Positions 40,301-54,400 of a DNA stretch of 64,000 nt are shown here, piece by piece. Positions within the stretch are counted from its first letter, which is position 1, and each line of letters starts with the position of its first letter. Below the pieces are notes generated by a model, which made no database searches, was not told where the DNA came from, and was given only the letters and a program-made list of their open reading frames with translations. This DNA is from Auanema rhodensis (lineage: Eukaryota > Animalia > Nematoda), in the NCBI GenBank assembly GCA_964057225.1, contig OZ059895.1, forward strand, positions 19,840,001-19,904,000, in the 5' to 3' direction. The position numbers were made by a program, and so were the translations under genes.

Positions 40301-43300
40301 AAGTTCACACTTACATCCTCGATTTTCACCCTGAAGAATTAATTTTTTCGTTGAATAACATTGTCCATCGTCTTTGCCTTGAAAGAAAGAATCTGAAAAC
40401 ATCTACTTTTTGCTAATATATTTTGAAATTTTTGAAAAAATTTTCGTCAAAATGTTTTTGGAAGCAATGTTGAGTGTACATGGAAACTCAACATACACTA
40501 ATGCATCATTTTTCAAACGATCATAACTAATTTTTGTATTGAGCGTTTCTCAATGTAGTATAGTGCATTCGATGCGGATTTTTAAGCTGCGTCGATCTGT
40601 GTTATCAGATTTGCGCTAGCTTAAAAATGCACCGAGATATCAACTGATATATGTTCACACTTAGATCCTCGATTTTCACCCTGAAGAATTAATTTTTTCG
40701 TTGAATAACATTGTCCATCGTCTTTGCCTTGAAAGAAAGAATCTGAAAACATCTACTTTTTGCTAAATTATTTTGAAATTTTTCGAAAAAATTTTTGTCA
40801 AAATGTTTTTGGAAGCAATGTTGAGTGTACATGGAAACTCAACATATACTAATGCATCATTTTTCAAACGATCATAACTAATTTTTGTATTAAGCGTTTC
40901 TCAATGTAGTATAGTGCATTCGATGCGGATTTTTAAGCTGCGTCGATCTGTGTTTTCAGATTTGCGCTAGCTTAAAAATGCACCGAGATATCAACTGATA
41001 TAAGTTCACACTTACATCCTCGATTTTCACCCTGAAGAATTAATTTTTTCGTTGAATAACATTGTCCATCGTCTTTGCCTTGAAAGAAAGAATCTGAAAA
41101 CATCTACTTTTTGCTAAATTATTTTGAAATTTTTCGAAAAAATTTTTGTCAAAATGTTTTTGGAAGCAATGTTGAGTGTACATGGAAACTCAACATATAC
41201 TAATGCATCATTTTTCAAACGATCATAACTAATTTTTGTATTAAGCGTTTCTCAATGTAGTATAGTGCATTCGATGCGGATTTTTAAGCTGCGTCGATCT
41301 GTGTTTTCAGATTTGCGCTAGCTTAAAAATGCACCGAGATATCAACTGATATAAGTTAACACTTATATCCTCGATTTTCACCCTGAAGAATTAATTTTTT
41401 TGTTGAATAACATTGTCCATCGTCTTTGCCTTGAAAAAAGGAATCTAAAAACATCTACTTTTTGCTAAATTATTTTGAAATTTTTCGAAAAAATTTTTGT
41501 CAAAATGTTTTTGGAAGCAATGTTGAGTGTACATGGAAACTCAACATACACTAATGCATCATTTTTCAAACGATCATAACTAATTTTTGTATTGAGCGTT
41601 TCTCAATGTAGTATAGTGCATTCGATGCGGATTTTTAAGCTGCGTCGATCTGTGTTATCAGATTTGCGCTAGCTTAAAAATGCACCGAGATATCAACTGA
41701 TATATGTTCACACTTAGATCCTCGATTTTCACCCTGAAGAATTAATTTTTTCGTTGAATAACAATGTCCATCGTCTTTGCCTTGAAAGAAAGAATCTGAA
41801 AACATCTACTTTTTGCTAAATTATTTTGAAATTTTTCGAAAAAATTTTTGTCAAAATGTTTTTGGAAGCAATGTTGAGTGTACATGGAAACTCAACATAT
41901 ACTAATGCATCATTTTTCAAACGATCATAACTAATTTTTGTATTAAGCGTTTCTCAATGTAGTATAGTGCATTCGATGCGGATTTTTAAGCTGCGTCGAT
42001 CTGTGTTTTCAGATTTGCGCTAGCTTAAAAATGCACCGAGATATCAACTGATATAAGTTCACACTTACATCCTCGATTTTCACCCTGAAGAATTAATTTT
42101 TTCGTTGAATAACGTTGTCCATCGTCTTTGCCTTGAAAGAAAGAATCTGAAAACATCTACTTTTTGCTAATATATTTTGAAATTTTTGAAAAAATTTTCG
42201 TCAAAATGTTTTTGGAAGCAATGTTGAGTGTACATGGAAACTCAACATACACTAATGCATCATTTTTCAAACGATCATAACTAATTTTTGTATTGAGCGT
42301 TTCTCAATGTAGTATAGTGCATTCGATGCGGATTTTTAAGCTGCGTCGATCTGTGTTATCAGATTTGCGCTAGCTTAAAAATGCACCGAGATATCAACTG
42401 ATATAAGTTAACACTTATATCCTCGATTTTCACCCTGAAGAATTAATTTTTTTGTTGAATAACATTGTCCATCGTCTTTGCCTTGAAAAAAGGAATCTAA
42501 AAACATCTACTTTTTGCTAAATTATTTTGAAATTTTTCGAAAAAATTTTTGTCAAAATGTTTTTGGAAGCAATGTTGAGTGTACATGGAAACTCAACATA
42601 CACTAATGCATCATTTTTCAAACGATCATAACTAATTTTTGTATTGAGCGTTTCTCAATGTAGTATAGTGCATTCGATGCGGATTTTTAAGCTGCGTCGA
42701 TCTGTGTTATCAGATTTGCGCTAGCTTAAAAATGCACCGAGATATCAACTGATATATGTTCACACTTAGATCCTCGATTTTCACCCTGAAGAATTAATTT
42801 TTTCGTTGAATAACAATGTCCATCGTCTTTGCCTTGAAAGAAAGAATCTGAAAACATCTACTTTTTGCTAAATTATTTTGAAATTTTTCGAAAAAATTTT
42901 TGTCAAAATGTTTTTGGAAGCAATGTTGAGTGTACATGGAAACTCAACATATACTAATGCATCATTTTTCAAACGATCATAACTAATTTTTGTATTAAGC
43001 GTTTCTCAATGTAGTATAGTGCATTCGATGCGGATTTTTAAGCTGCGTCGATCTGTGTTTTCAGATTTGCGCTAGCTTAAAAATGCACCGAGATATCAAC
43101 TGATATAAGTTCACACTTACATCCTCGATTTTCACCCTGAAGAATTAATTTTTTCGTTGAATAACATTGTCCATCGTCTTTGCCTTGAAAGAAAGAATCT
43201 GAAAACATCTACTTTTTGCTAATATATTTTGAAATTTTTGAAAAAATTTTCGTCAAAATGTTTTTGGAAGCAATGTTGAGTGTACATGGAAACTCAACAT

Positions 43301-46300
43301 ACACTAATGCATCATTTTTCAAACGATCATAACTAATTTTTGTATTGAGCGTTTCTCAATGTAGTATAGTGCATTCGATGCGGATTTTTAAGCTGCGTCG
43401 ATCTGTGTTATCAGATTTGCGCTAGCTTAAAAATGCACCGAGATATCAACTGATATAAGTTAACACTTATATCCTCGATTTTCACCCTGAAGAATTAATT
43501 TTTTTGTTGAATAACATTGTCCATCGTCTTTGCCTTGAAAGAAAGAATCTGAAAACATCTACTTTTTGCTAAATTATTTTGAAATTTTTCGAAAAAATTT
43601 TTGTCAAAATGTTTTTGGAAGCAATGTTGAGTGTACATGGAAACTCAACATACACTAATGCATCATTTTTCAAACGATCATAACTAATTTTTGTATTGAG
43701 CGTTTCTCAATGTAGTATAGTGCATTCGATGCGGATTTTTAAGCTGCGTCGATCTGTGTTATCAGATTTGCGCTAGCTTAAAAATGCACCGAGATATCAA
43801 CTGATATATGTTCACACTTAGATCCTCGATTTTCACCCTGAAGAATTAATTTTTTCGTTGAATAACAATGTCCATCGTCTTTGCCTTGAAAGAAAGAATC
43901 TGAAAACATCTACTTTTTGCTAAATTATTTTGAAATTTTTCGAAAAAATTTTTGTCAAAATGTTTTTGGAAGCAATGTTGAGTGTACATGGAAACTCAAC
44001 ATACACTAATGCATCATTTTGCAAACGATCATAACTAATTTCTGTATTGAGCGTTTCTCAATGTAGTATAGTGCATTCGATGCGGATTTTTAAGCTGCGT
44101 CGATCTGTGTTATCAGATTTGCGCTAGCTTAAAAATGCACCGAGATATCAACTGATATAAGTTCACACTTATATCCTCGATTTTCACCCTGAAGAATTAA
44201 TTTTTTCGTTGAATAACATTGTCCATCGTTTTTGCCTTGAAAAAAGGAATCTAAAAACATCTACTTTTTGCAAAATTATTTTGAAATTTTTCGAAAAAAT
44301 TTTTGTCAAAATGTTTTTGGAAGCAATGTTGAGTGTACATGGAAACTCAACATACACTAATGCATCATTTTTCAAACGATCATAACTAATTTTTGTATTA
44401 AGCTTTTCTCAATTTAGTGTAGTGCATTCGATGCGGATTTTTGAGCTGCGTCGATCTGTGTTATCAGATTTGCGCTAGCTTGAAAATGCACCGAGATATC
44501 AACTGATATAAGTTCACACTTACATCCTCGATTTTCACCCTGAAGAATTAATTTTTTCGTTGAATAACATTGTCCATCGTCTTTGCCTTGAAAGAAAGAA
44601 TCTGAAAACATCTACTTTTTGCTAATATATTTTGAAATTTTTGAAAAAATTTTCGTCAAAATGTTTTTGGAAGCAATGTTGAGTGTACATGGAAACTCAA
44701 CATACACTAATGCATCATTTTTCAAACGATCATAACTAATTTTTGTATTGAGCGTTTCTCAATGTAGTATAGTGCATTCGATGCGGATTTTTAAGCTGCG
44801 TCGATCTGTGTTATCAGATTTGCCCTAGCTTAAAAATGCACCGAGATATCAACTGATATAAGTTAACACTTATATCCTCGATTTTCACCCTGAAGAATTA
44901 ATTTTTTTGTTGAATAACATTGTCCATCGTCTTTGCCTTGAAAGAAAGAATCTGAAAACATCTACTTTTTGCTAAATTATTTTGAAATTTTTCGAAAAAA
45001 TTTTTGTCAAAATGTTTTTGGAAGCAATGTTGAGTGTACATGAAACTCAACATACACTAATGCATCATTTTTCAAACGATCATAACTAATTTTTGTATTG
45101 AGCGTTTCTCAATGTAGTATAGTGCATTCGATGCGGATTTTTAAGCTGCGTCGATCTGTGTTATCAGATTTGCGCTAGCTTAAAAATGCACCGAGATATC
45201 AACTGATATATGTTCACACTTAGATCCTCGATTTTCACCCTGAAGAATTAATTTTTTCGTTGAATAACAATGTCCATCGTCTTTGCCTTGAAAGAAAGAA
45301 TCTGAAAACATCTACTTTTTGCTAAATTATTTTGAAATTTTTCGAAAAAATTTTTGTCAAAATGTTTTTGGAAGCAATGTTGAGTGTACATGGAAACTCA
45401 ACATATACTAATGCATCATTTTTCAAACGATCATAACTAATTTTTGTATTAAGCGTTTCTCAATGTAGTATAGTGCATTCGATGCGGATTTTTAAGCTGC
45501 GTCGATCTGTGTTTTCAGATTTGCGCTAGCTTAAAAATGCACCGAGATATCAACTGATATAAGTTAACACTTATATCCTCGATTTTCACCCTGAAGAATT
45601 AATTTTTTTGTTGAATAACATTGTCCATCGTCTTTGCCTTGAAAAAAGGAATCTAAAAACATCTACTTTTTGCTAAATTATTTTGAAATTTTTCGAAAAA
45701 ATTTTTGTCAAAATGTTTTTGGAAGCAATGTTGAGTGTACATGGAAACTCAACATACACTAATGCATCATTTTTCAAACGATCATAACTAATTTTTGTAT
45801 TGAGCGTTTCTCAATGAGTATAGTGCATTCGATGCGGATTTTTAAGCTGCGTCGATCTGTGTTATCAGATTTGCGCTAGCTTAAAAATGCACCGAGATAT
45901 CAACTGATATATGTTCACACTTAGATCCTCGATTTTCACCCTGAAGAATTAATTTTTTTGTTGAATAACATTGTCCATCGTCTTTGCCTTGAAAGAAAGA
46001 ATCTGAAAACATCTACTTTTTGCAAAATTATTTTGAAATTTTTCGAAAAAATTTTTGTCAAAATGTTTTTGGAAGCAATGTTGAGTGTACATGGAAACTC
46101 AACATACACTAATGCATCATTTTTCAAACGATCATAACTAATTTTTGTATTAAGCTTTTCTCAATTTAGTGTAGTGCATTCGATGCGGATTTTTGAGCTG
46201 CGTCGATCTGTGTTATCAGATTTGCGCTAGCTTGAAAATGCACCGAGATATCAACTGATATAAGTTCACACTTACATCCTCGATTTTCACCCTGAAGAAT

Positions 46301-49300
46301 TAATTTTTTCGTTGAATAACATTGTCCATCGTCTTTGCCTTGAAAGAAAGAATCTGAAAACATCTACTTTTTGCTAATATATTTTGAAATTTTTGAAAAA
46401 ATTTTCGTCAAAATGTTTTTGGAAGCAATGTTGAGTGTACATGGAAACTCAACATACACTAATGCATCATTTTTCAAACGATCATAACTAATTTTTGTAT
46501 TGAGCGTTTCTCAATGTAGTATAGTGCATTCGATGCGGATTTTTAAGCTGCGTCGATCTGTGTTATCAGATTTGCGCTAGCTTAAAAATGCACCGAGATA
46601 TCAACTGATATATGTTCACACTTAGATCCTCGATTTTCACCCTGAAGAATTAATTTTTTCGTTGAATAACATTGTCCATCGTCTTTGCCTTGAAAGAAAG
46701 AATCTGAAAACATCTACTTTTTGCTAAATTATTTTGAAATTTTTCGAAAAAATTTTTGTCAAAATGTTTTTGGAAGCAATGTTGAGTGTACATGGAAACT
46801 CAACATATACTAATGCATCATTTTTCAAACGATCATAACTAATTTTTGTATTAAGCGTTTCTCAATGTAGTATAGTGCATTCGATGCGGATTTTTAAGCT
46901 GCGTCGATCTGTGTTTTCAGATTTGCGCTAGCTTAAAAATGCACCGAGATATCAACTGATATAAGTTCACACTTATATCCTCGATTTTCACCCTGAAGAA
47001 TTAATTTTTTTGTTGAATAACATTGTCCATCGTCTTTGCCTTGAAAGAAAGAATCTGAAAACATCTACTTTTTGCTAATATATTTTGAAATTTTTGAAAA
47101 AATTTTCGTCAAAATGTTTTTGGAAGCAATGTTGAGTGTACATGGAAACTCAACATACACTAATGCATCATTTTTCAAACGATCATAACTAATTTTTGTA
47201 TTGAGCGTTTCTCAATGTAGTATAGTGCATTCGATGCGGATTTTTAAGCTGCGTCGATCTGTGTTTTCAGATTTGCGCTAGCTTAAAAATGCACCGAGAT
47301 ATCAACTGATATAAGTTCACACTTATATCCTCGATTTTCACCCTGAAGAATTAATTTTTTTGTTGAATAACATTGTCCATCGTCTTTGCCTTGAAAGAAA
47401 GAATCTGAAAACATCTACTTTTTGCTAATATATTTTGAAATTTTTGAAAAAATTTTCGTCAAAATGTTTTTGGAAGCAATGTTGAGTGTACATGGAAACT
47501 CAACATACACTAATGCATCATTTTTCAAACGATCATAACTAATTTTTGTATTGAGCGTTTCTCAATGTAGTATAGTGCATTCGATGCGGATTTTTAAGCT
47601 GCGTCGATCTGTGTTATCAGATTTGCGCTAGCTTAAAAATGCACCGAGATATCAACTGATATATGTTCACACTTAGATCCTCGATTTTCACCCTGAAGAA
47701 TTAATTTTTTCGTTGAATAACAATGTCCATCGTCTTTGCCTTGAAAGAAAGAATCTGAAAACATCTACTTTTTGCTAAATTATTTTGAAATTTTTCGAAA
47801 AAATTTTTGTCAAAATGTTTTTGGAAGCAATGTTGAGTGTACATGGAAACTCAACATATACTAATGCATCATTTTTCAAACGATCATAACTAATTTTTGT
47901 ATTAAGCGTTTCTCAATGTAGTATAGTGCATTCGATGCGGATTTTTAAGCTGCGTCGATCTGTGTTTTCAGATTTGCGCTAGCTTAAAAATGCACCGAGA
48001 TATCAACTGATATATGTTCACACTTAGATCCTCGATTTTCACCCTGAAGAATTAATTTTTTCGTTGAATAACAATGTCCATCGTCTTTGCCTTGAAAGAA
48101 AGAATCTGAAAACATCTACTTTTTGCTAAATTATTTTGAAATTTTTCGAAAAAATTTTTGTCAAAATGTTTTTGGAAGCAATGTTGAGTGTACATGGAAA
48201 CTCAACATATACTAATGCATCATTTTTCAAACGATCATAACTAATTTTTGTATTAAGCGTTTCTCAATGTAGTATAGTGCATTCGATGCGGATTTTTAAG
48301 CTGCGTCGATCTGTGTTATCAGATTTGCGCTAGCTTAAAAATGCACCGAGATATCAACTGATATAAGTTAACACTTATATCCTCGATTTTCACCCTGAAG
48401 AATTAATTTTTTTGTTGAATAACATTGTCCATCGTCTTTGCCTTGAAAGAAAGAATCTGAAAACATCTACTTTTTGCTAAATTATTTTGAAATTTTTCGA
48501 AAAAATTTTTGTCAAAATGTTTTTGGAAGCAATGTTGAGTGTACATGGAAACTCAACATACACTAATGCATCATTTTTCAAACGATCATAACTAATTTTT
48601 GTATTGAGCGTTTCTCAATGTAGTATAGTGCATTCGATGCGGATTTTTAAGCTGCGTCGATCTGTGTTATCAGATTTGCGCTAGCTTAAAAATGCACCGA
48701 GATATCAACTGATATATGTTCACACTTAGATCCTCGATTTTCACCCTGAAGAATTAATTTTTTCGTTGAATAACAATGTCCATCGTCTTTGCCTTGAAAG
48801 AAAGAATCTGAAAACATCTACTTTTTGCTAAATTATTTTGAAATTTTTCGAAAAAATTTTTGTCAAAATGTTTTTGGAAGCAATGTTGAGTGTACATGGA
48901 AACTCAAGATACACTAATGCATCACTTTGCAAACGATCATAACTAATTTCTGTATTGAGCGTTTCTCAATGTAGTATAGTGCATTCGATGCGGATTTTTA
49001 AGCTGCGTCGATCTGTGTTATCAGATTTGCGCTAGCTTAAAAATGCACCGAGATATCAACTGATATAAGTTCACACTTATATCCTCGATTTTCACCCTGA
49101 AGAATTAATTTTTTCGTTGAATAACATTGTCCATCGTTTTTGCCTTGAAAAAAGGAATCTAAAAACATCTACTTTTTGCAAAATTATTTTGAAATTTTTC
49201 GAAAAAATTTTTGTCAAAATGTTTTTGGAAGCAATGTTGAGTGTACATGGAAACTCAACATACACTAATGCATCATTTTTCAAACGATCATAACTAATTT

Positions 49301-49600
49301 TTGTATTAAGCTTTTCTCAATGTAGTGTAGTGCATTCGATGCGGATTTTTGAGCTGCGTCGATCTGTGTTATCAGATTTGCGCTAGCTTGAAAATGCACC
49401 GAGATATCAACTGATATAAGTTCACACTTACATCCTCGATTTTCACCCTGAAGAATTAATTTTTTCGTTGAATAACATTGTCCATCGTCTTTGCCTTGAA
49501 AGAAAGAATCTGAAAACATCTACTTTTTGCTAATATATTTTGAAATTTTTCGAAAAAATTTTCGTCAAAATGTTTTTGGAAGCAATGTTGAGTGTACATG
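28380..49600 (+). repeat. Variable-period HOR domain (3-, 4-, 5-mer and longer) marked by a HindIII-bearing signature monomer
   Basis: The AAGCTT variant occurs at 30022, 31073, 32124, 34230, 35633, 37036, 38788, 40191, 44400, 46152 and 49308. The GTTAAC variant and the TAATATA/C-deletion variant are confined to this domain. Confidence 0.88.
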
Positions 49601-52600
49601 AAACTCAACATACACTAATGCATCATTTTTCAAACGATCATAACTAATTTTTGTATTGAGCGTTTCTCAATGTAGTATAGTGCATTCGATGCGGATTTTT
49701 AAGCTGCGTCGATCTGTGTTATCAGATTTGCGCTAGCTTAAAAATGCACCGAGATATCAACTGATATATGTTCACACTTAGATCCTCGATTTTCACCCTG
49801 AAGAATTAATTTTTTCGTTGAATAACAATGTCCATCGTCTTTGCCTTGAAAGAAAGAATCTGAAAACATCTACTTTTTGCTAAATTATTTTGAAATTTTT
49901 CGAAAAAATTTTTGTCAAAATGTTTTTGGAAGCAATGTTGAGTGTACATGGAAACTCAACATATACTAATGCATCATTTTTCAAACGATCATAACTAATT
50001 TTTGTATTAAGCGTTTCTCAATGTAGTATAGTGCATTCGATGCGGATTTTTAAGCTGCGTCGATCTGTGTTTTCAGATTTGCGCTAGCTTAAAAATGCAC
50101 CGAGATATCAACTGATATAAGTTCACACTTATATCCTCGATTTTCACCCTGAAGAATTAATTTTTTCGTTGAATAACATTGTCCATCGTCTTTGCCTTGA
50201 AAAAAGGAATCTAAAAACATCTACTTTTTGCTAAATTATTTTGAAATTTTTCGAAAAAATTTTTGTCAAAATGTTTTTGGAAGCAATGTTGAGTGTACAT
50301 GGAAACTCAACATACACTAATGCATCATTTTTCAAACGATCATAACTAATTTTTGTATTGAGCGTTTCTCAATGTAGTATAGTGCATTCGATGCGGATTT
50401 TTAAGCTGCGTCGATCTGTGTTTTCAGATTTGCGCTAGCTTAAAAATGCACCGAGATATCAACTGATATAAGTTCACACTTACATCCTCGATTTTCACCC
50501 TGAAGAATTAATTTTTTCGTTGAATAACATTGTCCATCGTCTTTGCCTTGAAAGAAAGAATCTGAAAACATCTACTTTTTGCTAAATTATTTTGAAATTT
50601 TTCGAAAAAATTTTTGTCAAAATGTTTTTGGAAGCAATGTTGAGTGTACATGGAAACTCAACATACACTAATGCATCATTTTTCAAACGATCATAACTAA
50701 TTTTTGTATTGAGCGTTTCTCAATGTAGTATAGTGCATTCGATGCGGATTTTTAAGCTGCGTCGATCTGTGTTATCAGATTTGCGCTAGCTTAAAAATGC
50801 ACCGAGATATCAACTGATATATGTTCACACTTAGATCCTCGATTTTCACCCTGAAGAATTAATTTTTTCGTTGAATAACAATGTCCATCGTCTTTGCCTT
50901 GAAAGAAAGAATCTGAAAACATCTACTTTTTGCTAAATTATTTTGAAATTTTTCGAAAAACTTTTTGTCAAAATGTTTTTGGAAGCAATGTTGAGTGTAC
51001 ATGGAAACTCAACATATACTAATGCATCATTTTTCAAACGATCATAACTAATTTTTGTATTAAGCGTTTCTCAATGTAGTATAGTGCATTCGATGCGGAT
51101 TTTTAAGCTGCGTCGATCTGTGTTTTCAGATTTGCGCTAGCTTAAAAATGCACCGAGATATCAACTGATATAAGTTCACACTTACATCCTCGATTTTCAC
51201 CCTGAAGAATTAATTTTTTCGTTGAATAACATTGTCCATCGTCTTTGCCTTGAAAGAAAGAATCTGAAAACATCTACTTTTTGCTAAATTATTTTGAAAT
51301 TTTTCGAAAAAATTTTTGTCAAAATGTTTTTGGAAGCAATGTTGAGTGTACATGAAACTCAACATACACTAATGCATCATTTTTCAAACGATCATAACTA
51401 ATTTTTGTATTGAGCGTTTCTCAATGTAGTATAGTGCATTCGATGCGGATTTTTAAGCTGCGTCGATCTGTGTTATCAGATTTGCGCTAGCTTAAAAATG
51501 CACCGAGATATCAACTGATATATGTTCACACTTAGATCCTCGATTTTCACCCTGAAGAATTAATTTTTTCGTTGAATAACAATGTCCATCGTCTTTGCCT
51601 TGAAAGAAAGAATCTGAAAACATCTACTTTTTGCTAAATTATTTTGAAATTTTTCGAAAAAATTTTTGTCAAAATGTTTTTGGAAGCAATGTTGAGTGTA
51701 CATGGAAACTCAACATATACTAATGCATCATTTTTCAAACGATCATAACTAATTTTTGTATTAAGCGTTTCTCAATGTAGTATAGTGCATTCGATGCGGA
51801 TTTTTAAGCTGCGTCGATCTGTGTTTTCAGATTTGCGCTAGCTTAAAAATGCACCGAGATATCAACTGATATAAGTTCACACTTATATCCTCGATTTTCA
51901 CCCTGAAGAATTAATTTTTTCGTTGAATAACATTGTCCATCGTCTTTGCCTTGAAAAAAGGAATCTAAAAACATCTACTTTTTGCTAAATTATTTTGAAA
52001 TTTTTCGAAAAAATTTTTGTCAAAATGTTTTTGGAAGCAATGTTGAGTGTACATGGAAACTCAACATACACTAATGCATCATTTTTCAAACGATCATAAC
52101 TAATTTTTGTATTGAGCGTTTCTCAATGTAGTATAGTGCATTCGATGCGGATTTTTAAGCTGCGTCGATCTGTGTTTTCAGATTTGCGCTAGCTTAAAAA
52201 TGCACCGAGATATCAACTGATATAAGTTCACACTTACATCCTCGATTTTCACCCTGAAGAATTAATTTTTTCGTTGAATAACATTGTCCATCGTCTTTGC
52301 CTTGAAAGAAAGAATCTGAAAACATCTACTTTTTGCTAAATTATTTTGAAATTTTTCGAAAAAATTTTTGTCAAAATGTTTTTGGAAGCAATGTTGAGTG
52401 TACATGGAAACTCAACATACACTAATGCATCATTTTTCAAACGATCATAACTAATTTTTGTATTGAGCGTTTCTCAATGTAGTATAGTGCATTCGATGCG
52501 GATTTTTAAGCTGCGTCGATCTGTGTTATCAGATTTGCGCTAGCTTAAAAATGCACCGAGATATCAACTGATATATGTTCACACTTAGATCCTCGATTTT

Positions 52601-54400
52601 CACCCTGAAGAATTAATTTTTTCGTTGAATAACAATGTCCATCGTCTTTGCCTTGAAAGAAAGAATCTGAAAACATCTACTTTTTGCTAAATTATTTTGA
52701 AATTTTTCGAAAAAATTTTTGTCAAAATGTTTTTGGAAGCAATGTTGAGTGTACATGGAAACTCAACATATACTAATGCATCATTTTTCAAACGATCATA
52801 ACTAATTTTTGTATTAAGCGTTTCTCAATGTAGTATAGTGCATTCGATGCGGATTTTTAAGCTGCGTCGATCTGTGTTTTCAGATTTGCGCTAGCTTAAA
52901 AATGCACCGAGATATCAACTGATATAAGTTCACACTTACATTCTCGATTTTCACCCTGAAGAATTAATTTTTTCGTTGAATAACATTGTCCATCGTCTTT
53001 GCCTTGAAAGAAAGAATCTGAAAACATCTACTTTTTGCTAAATTATTTTGAAATTTTTCGAAAAAATTTTTGTCAAAATGTTTTTGGAAGCAATGTTGAG
53101 TGTACATGGAAACTCAACATACACTAATGCATCATTTTTCAAACGATCATAACTAATTTTTGTATTGAGCGTTTCTCAATGTAGTATAGTGCATTCGATG
53201 CGGATTTTTAAGCTGCGTCGATCTGTGTTATCAGATTTGCGCTAGCTTAAAAATGCACCGAGATATCAACTGATATATGTTCACACTTAGATCCTCGATT
53301 TTCACCCTGAAGAATTAATTTTTTCGTTGAATAACAATGTCCATCGTCTTTGCCTTGAAAGAAAGAATCTGAAAACATCTACTTTTTGCTAAATTATTTT
53401 GAAATTTTTCGAAAAAATTTTTGTCAAAATGTTTTTGGAAGCAATGTTGAGTGTACATGGAAACTCAACATATACTAATGCATCATTTTTCAAACGATCA
53501 TAACTAATTTTTGTATTAAGCGTTTCTCAATGTAGTATAGTGCATTCGATGCGGATTTTTAAGCTGCGTCGATCTGTGTTTTCAGATTTGCGCTAGCTTA
53601 AAAATGCACCGAGATATCAACTGATATAAGTTCACACTTATATCCTCGATTTTCACCCTGAAGAATTAATTTTTTCGTTGAATAACATTGTCCATCGTCT
53701 TTGCCTTGAAAAAAGGAATCTAAAAACATCTACTTTTTGCTAAATTATTTTGAAATTTTTCGAAAAAATTTTTGTCAAAATGTTTTTGGAAGCAATGTTG
53801 AGTGTACATGGAAACTCAACATACACTAATGCATCATTTTTCAAACGATCATAACTAATTTTTGTATTGAGCGTTTCTCAATGTAGTATAGTGCATTCGA
53901 TGCGGATTTTTAAGCTGCGTCGATCTGTGTTTTCAGATTTGCGCTAGCTTAAAAATGCACCGAGATATCAACTGATATAAGTTCACACTTACATCCTCGA
54001 TTTTCACCCTGAAGAATTAATTTTTTCGTTGAATAACATTGTCCATCGTCTTTGCCTTGAAAGAAAGAATCTGAAAACATCTACTTTTTGCTAAATTATT
54101 TTGAAATTTTTCGAAAAAATTTTTGTCAAAATGTTTTTGGAAGCAATGTTGAGTGTACATGGAAACTCAACATACACTAATGCATCATTTTTCAAACGAT
54201 CATAACTAATTTTTGTATTGAGCGTTTCTCAATGTAGTATAGTGCATTCGATGCGGATTTTTAAGCTGCGTCGATCTGTGTTTTCAGATTTGCGCTAGCT
54301 TAAAAATGCACCGAGATATCAACTGATATAAGTTCACACTTACATCCTCGATTTTCACCCTGAAGAATTAATTTTTTCGTTGAATAACATTGTCCATCGT
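49600..54400 (+). repeat. 5-mer HOR (1754-1755 bp), about 2.7 copies
   Basis: AAAAAAGGAATCTAA monomers at ~50200, 51954 and 53709; the CATGAAA deletion at ~49597 and 51351. Confidence 0.85.

Noticed and set aside
28403-49519. The ORF-track ORFs (63, 65 and 79 aa, minus strand) as protein-coding genes
   Set aside because: They are translations of satellite monomers in which point variants remove stops. The same frames are closed in most copies, the 63-aa ORF starts at TTG, and there is no recognisable domain or gene context.
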